DNA of 64,000 nt from an uncultured Actinomycetota bacterium (GTDB lineage Bacteria; Actinomycetota; Actinomycetes; JAFAQI01; DASSKL01): assembly GCA_963728075.1 (NCBI GenBank), contig CAVSIP010000005.1, positions 202,151-266,150 of the forward strand, in the 5' to 3' direction. Numbering within the stretch: the first letter of the stretch is position 1; every line of letters begins with the position of its first letter. Of the stretch, positions 48,654-56,635 are shown piece by piece. Below the pieces are notes generated by a model. The model worked only from the letters and a program-made list of their open reading frames with translations, was not told the origin of the DNA and searched no databases. Made by a program: the position numbers and the translations under genes.

Positions 48654-48844
48654 GGCGGGCGCCGCCGGACCCAGGAGGGGGCGACGCGGGCGGGCAGGCC
48701 GGTCACCACGGCCACCGTCACGCCGACGTCCGACAGCCGCCGCAGCCGCTCCTGCATCGCCGGACTGGCGCGGCCGTCGGGCCCGGCCGCGACCCCCTCC
48801 CAGCGCAGCAGCACCGCCTCGAACGTCCGGCCGAGGAGCGCCAC
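48644..48844 (-). pseudogene. degenerate HAD-like N-terminal module, out of frame with the GH65 ORF (frameshift, sequencing error or separate mini-ORF)
   Basis: VALLGRTFEAVLLRWEGVAAG...VGVTVAVVTG looks like HAD motifs I and II, with DxDGV replaced by RWEGV. It ends at a TGA 9 nt inside the GH65 ORF. Confidence 0.35.
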
Positions 48845-48849
48845 GGAGA

Positions 48850-49509
48850 TCAGCCGTCCCCGGTGACGGGTGACGGCACGGCGACGCCGCGCAGCAGGGC
48901 CATGACCCGCTCGTCGGTCGTCTGCCGGAAGTCCGCGTACCACTCCCCCACGGCGGCGAATCCAGCAGGGCTGTGCAGGCAGACCACCACGTCGGCGTCC
49001 CCGGTCAGCCGTTCGGCGGCGTCCGGTGGGCCCACGGGGACGGCGAGCGTCACGTGCGACGCGCCGGCCGCGCGGACCACCCGGCAGGCCGCGCGTGCCG
49101 TGGACCCGGTGGCGACCCCGTCGTCGACCACCACGACCGGCCGGCCGCGAACGGCACGTGGCGGGCGGCCGCCCCGGTACAGCGCGGCGCGGCGGTCCAG
49201 CTCGCCCGCCTCCCTGGCCGCGATGTCCTCGATCTCGTGGTCGCCGAGCCGGGCCCGCCGGACCACCTCGTCGTCGAGCACGCGTACGCCGCCCTCGCCG
49301 ATCGCGCCGAAGGCGAGCTCCGGCTGGAACGGGACCCCCAGCTTGCGCACCACCACCACGTCCAGCGGCAACCCCAGCGTCCGGGCCACGGCCGACGCGA
49401 CGGGGACGCCGCCCCGGGGCAGGCCCAGCACGAGCGCATCCGCGGGGACGGTGCCGCGCAGGGGGACGGCCAGCCGCCGTCCGGCGTCCTCCCGGTCGGC
49501 GAACAGCAC
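48850..49509 (-). CDS. phosphoribosyltransferase family protein
   Basis: LVLGLPRGGVPVA and PRPP-binding loop RPVVVVDDGVATGSTARA. Confidence 0.88.
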   Translation of the reverse strand: MLFADREDAGRRLAVPLRGTVPADALVLGLPRGGVPVASAVARTLGLPLDVVVVRKLGVPFQPELAFGAIGEGGVRVLDDEVVRRARLGDHEIEDIAAREAGELDRRAALYRGGRPPRAVRGRPVVVVDDGVATGSTARAACRVVRAAGASHVTLAVPVGPPDAAERLTGDADVVVCLHSPAGFAAVGEWYADFRQTTDERVMALLRGVAVPSPVTGDG

Positions 49510-49527
49510 GTCTCCCCCCTCGGGCTG

Positions 49528-49749
49528 CTAGGCCACCTGCACCAGGGCGGCGAGCTCTTCCCGGGCGACGGCGCTGACCGTCTCGGGCGCCGGCGGGTCG
49601 CCGGCAGGACTGGCCAAGGCCCCTCTGGCCGAGTTGATCGCGCGGACGACGGTGAGCAAGGGCAGCTGCTCGAACTCCTCGAGCAGCTCATCCGCTACGG
49701 CGAGCATGCGTGCGTCGTACGACGGGTGCCGCTGGCGGCTGGAGCGCAT
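49528..49749 (-). CDS. small conserved protein (paralog 1; three-helix-bundle-like)
   Basis: ADELLEEFEQLPLLTVVRAINSARGAL resembles the next ORF. ATG follows GAGAGG, right after the stop of the upstream paralog. Confidence 0.5.
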   Translation of the reverse strand: MRSSRQRHPSYDARMLAVADELLEEFEQLPLLTVVRAINSARGALASPAGDPPAPETVSAVAREELAALVQVA

Positions 49750-49761
49750 GACCTCGGCCTC

Positions 49762-49995
49762 TCAGGCGAACGCGTGGGCGGGGGCGACGTCGGCGAGGCG
49801 CAGCCGCACCGCGTCCTCGATCGCCGCGACCAGGCCGTCGTCCACGCCGGCCAGCCGCAGCTGCTCGTGGCAGCGCGCCACGTAGCGCAGGACGCTGCCC
49901 GCGGGAACCTGTCCGGCGTACTCCGCGACCAGCCGCTCGGACATCGCCAGCACCTCTTCGCGGAAGGACTGACGGTGTACAGAGGGATGCCGCAT
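49762..49995 (-). CDS. small conserved protein (paralog 2; three-helix-bundle-like)
   Basis: SERLVAEYAGQVPAGSVLRYVARCHEQLRLAG. ATG follows GGAGG at 4-nt spacing. Confidence 0.55.
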   Translation of the reverse strand: MRHPSVHRQSFREEVLAMSERLVAEYAGQVPAGSVLRYVARCHEQLRLAGVDDGLVAAIEDAVRLRLADVAPAHAFA

Positions 49996-50094
49996 GACGC
50001 CTCCACGAACGGACGCGGCCCGGAACCGGCCGCGACATCCAGCCTCACGTACGAGGCGGCCGCACCGACAGGGCCCGAGGTCCTCGACGGACCC

Positions 50095-50108
50095 GGGACC
50101 TAGGTCCC
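50095..50108. promoter_or_regulatory. perfect 14-bp palindrome GGGACCTAGGTCCC (DosR/DevR-box-like operator candidate)
   Basis: It matches the GGGAC-N4-GTCCC core of the mycobacterial DosR box. It lies about 100 nt upstream of the first gene of the minus-strand operon and overlaps the stop codon of the PAS gene. Confidence 0.4.
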
Positions 50109-50819
50109 ACGGCGGGCAGCCGCCGACTCCCCCATGCCGAAGATGACCTCGCGCAGGTCACGGATTGTGGTGTCGATCTCACGGACGGCACCGAGGATGC
50201 CCTCCTGCAGGTCCCCGTCCACCTGGGCGGCGATGCCCTGCAGGCGCAGCCCGGCGCCGAACAGGCCACGGATGACGGTGTCCCCCAGGTCCTCGGCGAT
50301 CCGGAGGTTCTCGGTGGTCACGGCGAGCTGCCGCCGCCACTCCTCCGCGGCAAGCCGGTCGGTCACGTCGCGGACCGCCGCCATCACCCAGGTGCCCTCG
50401 GTCGACGGCAGCGGGCTGAGGCTGATCTCCATGGGGAACTCGCTGCCGTCGCCGCGACGCCCGACGAGCGCGAGGTTCGCACCCATCGGGCGGGGCCGCG
50501 GCGACCTCGCGAACCCGGCGCGATGCGTGACGTGCGCGCTCCGCAGCCGCTCGGGCAGCAGCGTCTCGACCGGGGCTCCGAGGAGGTCCGCGCGGGCGAT
50601 GCCGAACATCTCCTCCAGGCGCGAGTTCACGAGCAGGATGCGGCCGGCCTCGTCCGCCATGAGCAACGCGTCCGGTGCCGCCTCGAACAGGTCCCAGGCG
50701 ACCGCGTCGGTGAGCGCGACACCGGCGAGGTGGCGCGGCTCATCGGGCGAGCGCCGGGCAGCCGGGACCGCTCCCGGTGTCGAGGCGCGCGCCCGTGCTG
50801 CGGCCGGCTGCTCCACCAC
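50100..50819 (-). CDS. PAS domain protein with C-terminal histidine-less HisKA_3-like DHp domain, no ATPase domain
   Basis: PAS: APDALLMADEAGRILLVNSRLEEMFG...GRRGDGSEFPMEISLSPL. DHp: LRIAEDLGDTVIRGLFGAGLRLQGIA...REIDTTIRDLREVIFGM, with His replaced by Gly. The start is uncertain: GTG 50819, or up to 50915 overlapping the upstream gene. Confidence 0.72.
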   Translation of the reverse strand: MVEQPAAARARASTPGAVPAARRSPDEPRHLAGVALTDAVAWDLFEAAPDALLMADEAGRILLVNSRLEEMFGIARADLLGAPVETLLPERLRSAHVTHRAGFARSPRPRPMGANLALVGRRGDGSEFPMEISLSPLPSTEGTWVMAAVRDVTDRLAAEEWRRQLAVTTENLRIAEDLGDTVIRGLFGAGLRLQGIAAQVDGDLQEGILGAVREIDTTIRDLREVIFGMGESAAARRGT

Positions 50820-50860
50820 GAGCCGGACAATACGCCCGCCGGTACGGGGCCGCCACCACT

Positions 50861-52462
50861 TCAGCCGTGTCGCAGCGCCCGGTTCGCGGTGGCGAGCGCG
50901 CGCCCGGTGACCCACTGACCCCGCAGCGCGGCACGCGCCGCGTTCGCACCGCAGGCGCCGTGCACCCCGCCCCCCGGGTGCGCGGACGACGACGCCAGGT
51001 AGAGACCGCGCACCGGGGTCTCCGGGCGGCCGAGTCCCGGGGTGGGGCGGAGCAGCAGCTGCTGGTGGGGCTGTGCCGTACCGCCGTTGATGGCGCCGCC
51101 GACGAGGTTGCGGTTGCGCGCCTCGAGGTCGTGCGGGCCCAGGACGTGCCGGCGGGCGATCCGGTCACGGAACCCGGGCGCGTAGGTCTCCACCCGGGCC
51201 TCGATCCGGTCGGCCATCGCGGCGCACTCTGCCTCGTCCCAGCGCCCGGTGAGGGCGCCGCCGGCGTCAGCACGGGTCTCCCGCGGCACGCGGGTGTACG
51301 CCCACAGCACCTCGCTGCCCGCCGGCGAGCGGGTGGGGTCGCTCGTCGTCATCTGGCCCAGCAGCAGGAACGGGTCAGCGGGGATGCGCCCCATCGCCAG
51401 GTCGGCGGCGCACTGGGTGAGCTCGTCCATGCCCGACGCGACGTGCACGGTGCCAGCGGCGCGCGCGGCGGCTGCGGCCCACGGCACCGGTGCGGACAGC
51501 AGCCAGTCCACCTTGACCGTGCTGAGGTCCCACTGGAAGCGGCGCACGTCCTCCCGCAGGGCCGACGGCAGGTGCTCCCAGGCGACCAGGCCGCCGTACA
51601 GGTGGGGAGCGGTCACGTCCGCGAGGACCGCCCGCCGGGCAGGGACCTCCTCGCCGTCGGCCGTCCGGACGGCCACCGCACGTCCGCCGCGGACGACGAC
51701 CTCCGCCACCGGCGTACGGCACCGCACGGCACCGCCACGCGCCTCGAGCCTGCGCACCAGGGCACCGGTCAGCCGGCCGGCGCCGCCCTGGGGCACCGGA
51801 AAGCCGACCCGCTGCCCGAGCATCGCGAGCAGCCACCCGTAGATGCCGCTGCCGGTGCTCTCGGGACTGAGGTCGGCGTGCAGCGCCGAACCGGCCAGCA
51901 GCAGGGCCCCGCCCGGCCCGTGGAACTCCTCGGCCGCCCACCGCCGCACCGGCAGCAGCGCACGGCGCAGGAACCGTACGCTGCCGCCCGCCCGCAGCCG
52001 GGCAGCGAGGCGCGCGCCCGGCAGGAGAGGCGGGAATGGCGTGAACAGCGCGGCCAGCAGGTCGTCGCCGACGGCGTCCCACAGGTCGACCAGCCGCCGC
52101 CACGCGTCCCCGTCCCCTGCCCCCATCTCGTCCAGGCAGGCGGCGGTCGTGTCGAGGTCGCGGCTGAGCACGGCGCACCGGCCGTCCGGCAGCGGGTGGG
52201 CCAGCACCTCCGGTGGGTGCACCCAGCGCAGCCCGTGCTCCTCGAGCCCCAGCGCGCGGATCGCCGGGGAGGCAGCGGCCAGCGGGTAGAAGGCGCTGCA
52301 CACGTCCGCGACGCAGCCCTCGCCCAGGTAGCTCGCACTCTTGACCGCGCCACCCGGCTCGGCCTCGGCTTCGAGCACCTCCACGCTCCACCCGGCGTCG
52401 GCGAGGACGTTGGCGGCGACGAGACCGTTCGGGCCGGCTCCGATGACGACGGCGTCAGGCAT
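50861..52462 (-). CDS. phytoene-desaturase-family NAD(P)/FAD-dependent oxidoreductase
   Basis: MPDAVVIGAGPNGLVAANVLADAGWSVEVLEAEAEPGG Rossmann motif and the C-terminal LYLASSSAHPGGGVHG. Confidence 0.88.
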   Translation of the reverse strand: MPDAVVIGAGPNGLVAANVLADAGWSVEVLEAEAEPGGAVKSASYLGEGCVADVCSAFYPLAAASPAIRALGLEEHGLRWVHPPEVLAHPLPDGRCAVLSRDLDTTAACLDEMGAGDGDAWRRLVDLWDAVGDDLLAALFTPFPPLLPGARLAARLRAGGSVRFLRRALLPVRRWAAEEFHGPGGALLLAGSALHADLSPESTGSGIYGWLLAMLGQRVGFPVPQGGAGRLTGALVRRLEARGGAVRCRTPVAEVVVRGGRAVAVRTADGEEVPARRAVLADVTAPHLYGGLVAWEHLPSALREDVRRFQWDLSTVKVDWLLSAPVPWAAAAARAAGTVHVASGMDELTQCAADLAMGRIPADPFLLLGQMTTSDPTRSPAGSEVLWAYTRVPRETRADAGGALTGRWDEAECAAMADRIEARVETYAPGFRDRIARRHVLGPHDLEARNRNLVGGAINGGTAQPHQQLLLRPTPGLGRPETPVRGLYLASSSAHPGGGVHGACGANAARAALRGQWVTGRALATANRALRHG

Positions 52463-52530
52463 GCGGGCTCCCGGCTCGGGCGGCGGACATGTGCACGGCC
52501 CTACCCTGCCGTGAACCGGTCAACGGCGCG

Positions 52531-53139
52531 CTACCCGACCGCGGCGGTGTACGCCGAGACGACCCCGAAGCCCACCAGCACCAGGCCGGCGACGCGGCGG
52601 ACCAGGCGCACGGGGACGCGGTCGAGCAGCGCCGATCCCGCGGTCACCGCCAGCGCGGCGACCGCCCACAGCGCGGCGACGGCCCCGATCGCGACGGCCA
52701 CCGGCTCGGCGTACCGGGCCGCGTAGTTGGCCGTGGTGATCTGGGTGACGTCACCCCACTCGCCGAGGAAGACCACGCCGAACGACGTCGCCGCCACCCG
52801 GCGGAACCCGGAGGAAGGACCTGCCGTCGGCGGGGACTCGCCCGCGGCGTGCTCGTGGTCGCGGGCCAGCAGGAGGTACCCGGCTCCGGCCAGGAAGAGC
52901 AGGGCGACCAGCGCGTCCACCAGGCGCGGCGACAGCAGCGTCAGCGCCTGCCCTGCGGCCACGGCCAGCACCACGTGGACGAGGAACGCCGCCGCGACAC
53001 CGCTCCACACCCACCAGGCGCGGTAGCGGGTGCCGAGGACGAGCGAGGCGAACAGGCTCTTGTCCGGCAGCTCGGCCACGAAGACCACACCGAAGACGAT
53101 GCCGACGACGGTCAGGGACACTGCTGCCTCTCCGGCCAT
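52531..53139 (-). CDS. UPF0016 / GDT1 (TMEM165) family cation transporter, Mn2+ exporter candidate
   Basis: Two E-x-G-D-[KR]-[ST]-like repeats (AELPDKS, GEWGDVT). An alternative RBS-supported GTG start lies at 53121. It is directly preceded by a Mn2+ riboswitch. Confidence 0.85.
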   Translation of the reverse strand: MAGEAAVSLTVVGIVFGVVFVAELPDKSLFASLVLGTRYRAWWVWSGVAAAFLVHVVLAVAAGQALTLLSPRLVDALVALLFLAGAGYLLLARDHEHAAGESPPTAGPSSGFRRVAATSFGVVFLGEWGDVTQITTANYAARYAEPVAVAIGAVAALWAVAALAVTAGSALLDRVPVRLVRRVAGLVLVGFGVVSAYTAAVG

Positions 53140-53187
53140 GAGCCGGGAGGCGACGGCGGACGCTTCGACCCGGCTCCACGAGGAACC

Positions 53188-53292
53188 TGTCGAAGGTCTC
53201 GCCCACCCGTCCGTAGGACGGGCCCGACGACCGGGCGCCGCAGGCGCCAGCATGTCGACCGCCGGCGAAGGACTACTCCCCTTCGCCGTTCA
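53188..53292 (-). promoter_or_regulatory. yybP-ykoY (Mn2+-sensing) riboswitch
   Basis: The minus-strand leader reads cGAAGGGGAGUAGUCC...GGUCGACAUGC...GGGCGAGACCUUCGac. This gives the three hallmark blocks (GGGGAGUAG, GACAU, GAGACC) and a P1 pairing GAAGG/CCUUC. It lies upstream of a UPF0016 gene, a classic yybP-ykoY context. Confidence 0.75.
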
Positions 53293-53307
53293 TCGTAGCC
53301 GCCGCCG

Positions 53308-54105
53308 TCAGGCCAGGTGCGGGACGGCTCGCGCGAGGGTGTACACCGCGACGCCGATGAGCAGCACGGCGAACGCGCCGGAGAGCCGCGCCGCCGACAC
53401 CCGCGAGGCGATCCGGTTGCCCACCAGGGAGCCGAGGATCGCAGCTGCCGTGAAGGCACCGAGCAGCGGCCAGTCCAGGTGCGAGCCCCCGCCCAGGCGC
53501 GCGCCCAGGGCAGCGGCGCTGTTGATCGTGATCACCAGGAGGGACGTGCCGACGGCGGCGGACATCGGGAAGCCGAGCACGAGGACGAGAGCGGGGACGA
53601 TGACGAAGCCACCGCCCACCCCGAAGAAGCCGGTGGTCAGCCCCACGACCGTGGCCGCGCCGACCACCTTGAGCACCCCGCCGAGGTCGAGGTGCCAGGG
53701 CGCACGCCGCGACCGGTCCGCCGCCGCCGGCTCACCGCCGCCGTCGGCGGTGAGCCGCCGCCGGACCATGCCGACGGCGGCCACCAGCATGAGCACCGCG
53801 AACGCGGTGAGGAGCACGTTGGGTGACACCGAGGACGACAGCCGGGACCCGACGTACGACCCGGCCACCCCGAGGACCCCGAACACCGAGCCCTCGAGAT
53901 AGCGCACCCGGCCCGCCCGCGCGTGCGCGAGCATCCCCGCGACGGCGGTGATCCCCACGATGAGCAGGGAGCCGCTCGTGGCGGCATGCGGAGACTGGTC
54001 GAGCACGTAGACCAGGGCCGGGACGGTGAGGATCGACCCGCCTCCCCCGAGCGCGCCGAGCGACACGCCGATGAGCAGGCCGAGCGGGAGCGCGGCAGCG
54101 AGCAT
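53308..54105 (-). CDS. TauE/SafE family sulfite/anion exporter
   Basis: 265 aa, multi-TM. GALGGGGSILTVPALVYV and the internal repeat GFFGVGGGFVIVPALVLV. Confidence 0.85.
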   Translation of the reverse strand: MLAAALPLGLLIGVSLGALGGGGSILTVPALVYVLDQSPHAATSGSLLIVGITAVAGMLAHARAGRVRYLEGSVFGVLGVAGSYVGSRLSSSVSPNVLLTAFAVLMLVAAVGMVRRRLTADGGGEPAAADRSRRAPWHLDLGGVLKVVGAATVVGLTTGFFGVGGGFVIVPALVLVLGFPMSAAVGTSLLVITINSAAALGARLGGGSHLDWPLLGAFTAAAILGSLVGNRIASRVSAARLSGAFAVLLIGVAVYTLARAVPHLA

Positions 54106-54108
54106 CAG

Positions 54109-54480
54109 TCAGGCCACGCGCCCCGCGCCGCCACCCTTGGCCACGACGGGCAGCCCGGACCGCGACCACGCGTGCATGCCGCCCCGGAGGTTGGACACCG
54201 TCCGACCCTGCCGGGCGAGCGCGGCCGCGGCACGGGCGGACCGGTTGCCCGAGCGGCACACCATGATGAGCGGCCGCCCCTCGGGCAGCTCGCGGGCCCG
54301 CTGCGCCAGCTGGGACAGCGGGATGTGCCGGGCCTTGGGCGCGTGACCGGCCTGCCACTCGTACGGCTCGCGAACGTCCACCAGGACGGCGCCGTCCTCG
54401 ACCAGCCGCGCCGCCTGCGCGGCCGTGACCTTGTCGAAGGGCTTGCCGAACAGCTTCCGCAGCGGGGCAGGGCTACTCAC
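54109..54480 (-). CDS. rhodanese-domain sulfurtransferase
   Basis: VLVDVREPYEWQAGHAP and active-site loop VCRSGNRS. Confidence 0.88.
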   Translation of the reverse strand: MSSPAPLRKLFGKPFDKVTAAQAARLVEDGAVLVDVREPYEWQAGHAPKARHIPLSQLAQRARELPEGRPLIMVCRSGNRSARAAAALARQGRTVSNLRGGMHAWSRSGLPVVAKGGGAGRVA

Positions 54481-55847
54481 GCCGCCTCCTCCACGTCGAC
54501 CAGGTCCACCGACGACGTGCCCGCGTTGTCGAACTCGTCGTCGATGACCACGACGTCGCGACCGGCGCGAGCCAGCAGCGAGCCGGCGATGCTGGCACGG
54601 TACCCCGAGCGGCAGTGCACCCAGACTTGTCCGGCCGGCACCTCCTCGATGCGGTCGAGCAGCTCGTGCAGCGGGATGTGCACCGCGTCGGCAACGTGCC
54701 CCTCACCCCACTCCAGGTGACGGCGGACGTCGAGCACCACGACCGAGCCAGAGCCCTGCACCTCGGCCAGGTCCGCGAACGACGCTCGGCGCAGCGTGGC
54801 AGCCGCGTCGTCGCCGAGCCAGTCCTCGACCGAGCCGGTGGCCGCGGCCGCCGGCCGGTCGATGCCGATGCGGACGAGCTCGCGCTGCGCCTCGGCGACC
54901 TGCTCCGGCGTCTCGCCGAGGAGCGTCACCGCCGTGCCCCACGGGATGAGCCAGCCCAGGTACGTCGCGAACGAGCCGTCGAGGCCGAAGCTCAGCGAGC
55001 CCTGCACGTGGCCCTCCCCGAACGCGGTGCGCGTCCGGAGGTCGACCACCCACTCGCCGGCGTCGATCCGTCGCCGCAGCTCGGCGGCGTCGGCATGGGC
55101 GGGCATGGACAGGTCGGGCGTGGTCGGGCCGGCGAGGTTCGCCGGGCCCATGTGCGCGTAGTACGCGGGGTAGGCGTCCAGCCCGGCCAGCAGCGCGTCG
55201 ACGAACTCCTGCTCGCTCTGCAGCAGCGCGGGGTTGACCCGCCTCTCGACGCCGATCGTCGACGCCGTGCCCTCCGACTGCGTTGCCGAGCAGAAGCTGC
55301 CGAAGCCGTGCGTGGGGAACACGCCGGTCGCGTCCGGCAGCTCGTCCGCCAGCCGGTGCGCCGAGCGGTACTGCGCGACCACCAGGTCACCCGTCGCGTC
55401 CGGCCCCAGCAGGTCGGGTCGGCCGGTGGAGCCGTAGAGGAGCGACCCGCCGGTGAACACACCGACCGCCGCCTCGCCGGAGGTCAGCGCGTACGACAGG
55501 TGCGTGAACGTGTGACCCGGCGTAGCGATGGCCCGCACGGAAAGGGTCGGCGAGACCTCGACCACGTCACCGTCCCGGATCGGCATCCGGTCGTAGGTCA
55601 CCGGGTCGGCGGCGTTCACGTGGTACGCCGCACCGGTTGCCCTCGCCAGGGCGAGGCCACCCGTGACGTAGTCGTTGTGGATGTGCGTCTCGAAGACGTG
55701 GGTGATGCGCACGCGCAGCGAGCCGGCCAGGTCCAGCACCCGGTCGATGTCGCGCTGGGGGTCGATGACGAACGCCACCCGCCCGTCGTGCACGAAGTAG
55801 CTGCGGTCACCCAGTGTCGGGGTGTCGATGGGGATGATCTCGAACAT
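54477..55847 (-). CDS. MBL-fold persulfide-dioxygenase-like domain fused to rhodanese domains (CstB-like)
   Basis: Metallo-beta-lactamase motif VFETHIHNDYVTGG. C-terminal rhodanese with VLDVRRHLEWGEGHV and VHCRSGYRAS. Confidence 0.87.
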   Translation of the reverse strand: MFEIIPIDTPTLGDRSYFVHDGRVAFVIDPQRDIDRVLDLAGSLRVRITHVFETHIHNDYVTGGLALARATGAAYHVNAADPVTYDRMPIRDGDVVEVSPTLSVRAIATPGHTFTHLSYALTSGEAAVGVFTGGSLLYGSTGRPDLLGPDATGDLVVAQYRSAHRLADELPDATGVFPTHGFGSFCSATQSEGTASTIGVERRVNPALLQSEQEFVDALLAGLDAYPAYYAHMGPANLAGPTTPDLSMPAHADAAELRRRIDAGEWVVDLRTRTAFGEGHVQGSLSFGLDGSFATYLGWLIPWGTAVTLLGETPEQVAEAQRELVRIGIDRPAAAATGSVEDWLGDDAAATLRRASFADLAEVQGSGSVVVLDVRRHLEWGEGHVADAVHIPLHELLDRIEEVPAGQVWVHCRSGYRASIAGSLLARAGRDVVVIDDEFDNAGTSSVDLVDVEEAA

Positions 55848-55859
55848 GATCCTCGTCCC

Positions 55860-56192
55860 TCAGGCTGCGGTCTCGTTGGCGTGGGTGCCACGGACGAGCG
55901 GCCGACCCTGACCGGCCCAGCCGCCAGTGCCACCGCTGACCGAGATGGCGTCGATGCCTGCGCTGCGAAGCCAGCCCGCTGCCGTGTAGCTGCGGTTACC
56001 GCTGGCGCAGATGACGTACACGCGCTCGCCCTTCGGCAGGTCGCCGATGCGCGAGTGCACTGTGGACAGGGGAACCAGCACGGCACCGGGCACGTGACCG
56101 GCGACGTACTCGGCAGGCTCGCGGACGTCGATGACGACGCCGCCGTCGGCGTGAGCCGCGGCGAAGGCCTGCAGGTCGATCTCGGGAACCAT
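55860..56192 (-). CDS. rhodanese-domain sulfurtransferase
   Basis: VVIDVREPAEYVAGHVPGAV and ICASGNRS. ATG 56192 follows GGAGG. The track ORF extension to 56342 covers the operator region. Confidence 0.85.
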   Translation of the reverse strand: MVPEIDLQAFAAAHADGGVVIDVREPAEYVAGHVPGAVLVPLSTVHSRIGDLPKGERVYVICASGNRSYTAAGWLRSAGIDAISVSGGTGGWAGQGRPLVRGTHANETAA

Positions 56193-56211
56193 CAGCACCT
56201 CCGGTGGTCCG

Positions 56212-56318
56212 ATACCCCCATGGGTATCCGGTAGTGGCACAACGTAGCCGACGCCTTGACTGTTCCGCAAATACCCGTCGGGGTAGATCGCTACTCGAAC
56301 GGACACCCCCGGGGGTAT
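56212..56318. promoter_or_regulatory. three CsoR/CstR-type operator-like palindromes in the divergent intergenic region
   Basis: ATACCCCCATGGGTAT (56212-56227), ATACCCGTCGGGGTAG (56271-56286) and ACACCCCCGGGGGTAT (56303-56318). Each has a G/C tract flanked by ATAC/GTAT, as in known CsoR-family operators. Confidence 0.6.
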
Positions 56319-56340
56319 GCTCTCAGACGGAGGTGCAGCC

Positions 56341-56628
56341 ATGTCGAACCACGTCGCCGCGGAGGCAGTCGCACCCGTCCTACCCCCCGAGAAGGCTCAG
56401 CTGGTGCGCCGGCTCAAGCGGGTCGAGGGCCAGGTGGCCGGGCTCGCTCGGATGATCGAGGCCGGCCGTGACTGCGCCGATGTCGTCACCCAGCTGTCGG
56501 CCGCGTCCCGCGCCCTGGACCGGGTCGGCTTCCTGCTCGTGGCGGCCGAGCTGCGTCGGTGCGCCGTCGAGAAGGGCAGCGACGCCGAGGTCGCCGCTGC
56601 GGAGAAGCTGTTCCTCACGTTGGCCTAG
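56341..56628 (+). CDS. CsoR/RcnR-family repressor, CstR-like (Cys...Cys without the copper-ligand His)
   Basis: LVRRLKRVEGQVAGLARMIEAGRDCADVVTQLSAASRALDRVGFLLVAAELRRC. Relative to the first Cys, the residue at +25 is Glu (not His) and the residue at +29 is Cys. ATG 56341 follows GGAGG. Confidence 0.85.
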   Translation: MSNHVAAEAVAPVLPPEKAQLVRRLKRVEGQVAGLARMIEAGRDCADVVTQLSAASRALDRVGFLLVAAELRRCAVEKGSDAEVAAAEKLFLTLA

Positions 56629-56635
56629 CACCCCG

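Noticed and set aside
44010-48866. 709-aa and 806-aa plus-strand ORFs (44010..46139 and 46446..48866)
   Set aside because: They are antisense to the GDE-like, USP and GH65 genes, which carry family motifs. Their sequence is R/P/G-rich and non-protein-like.
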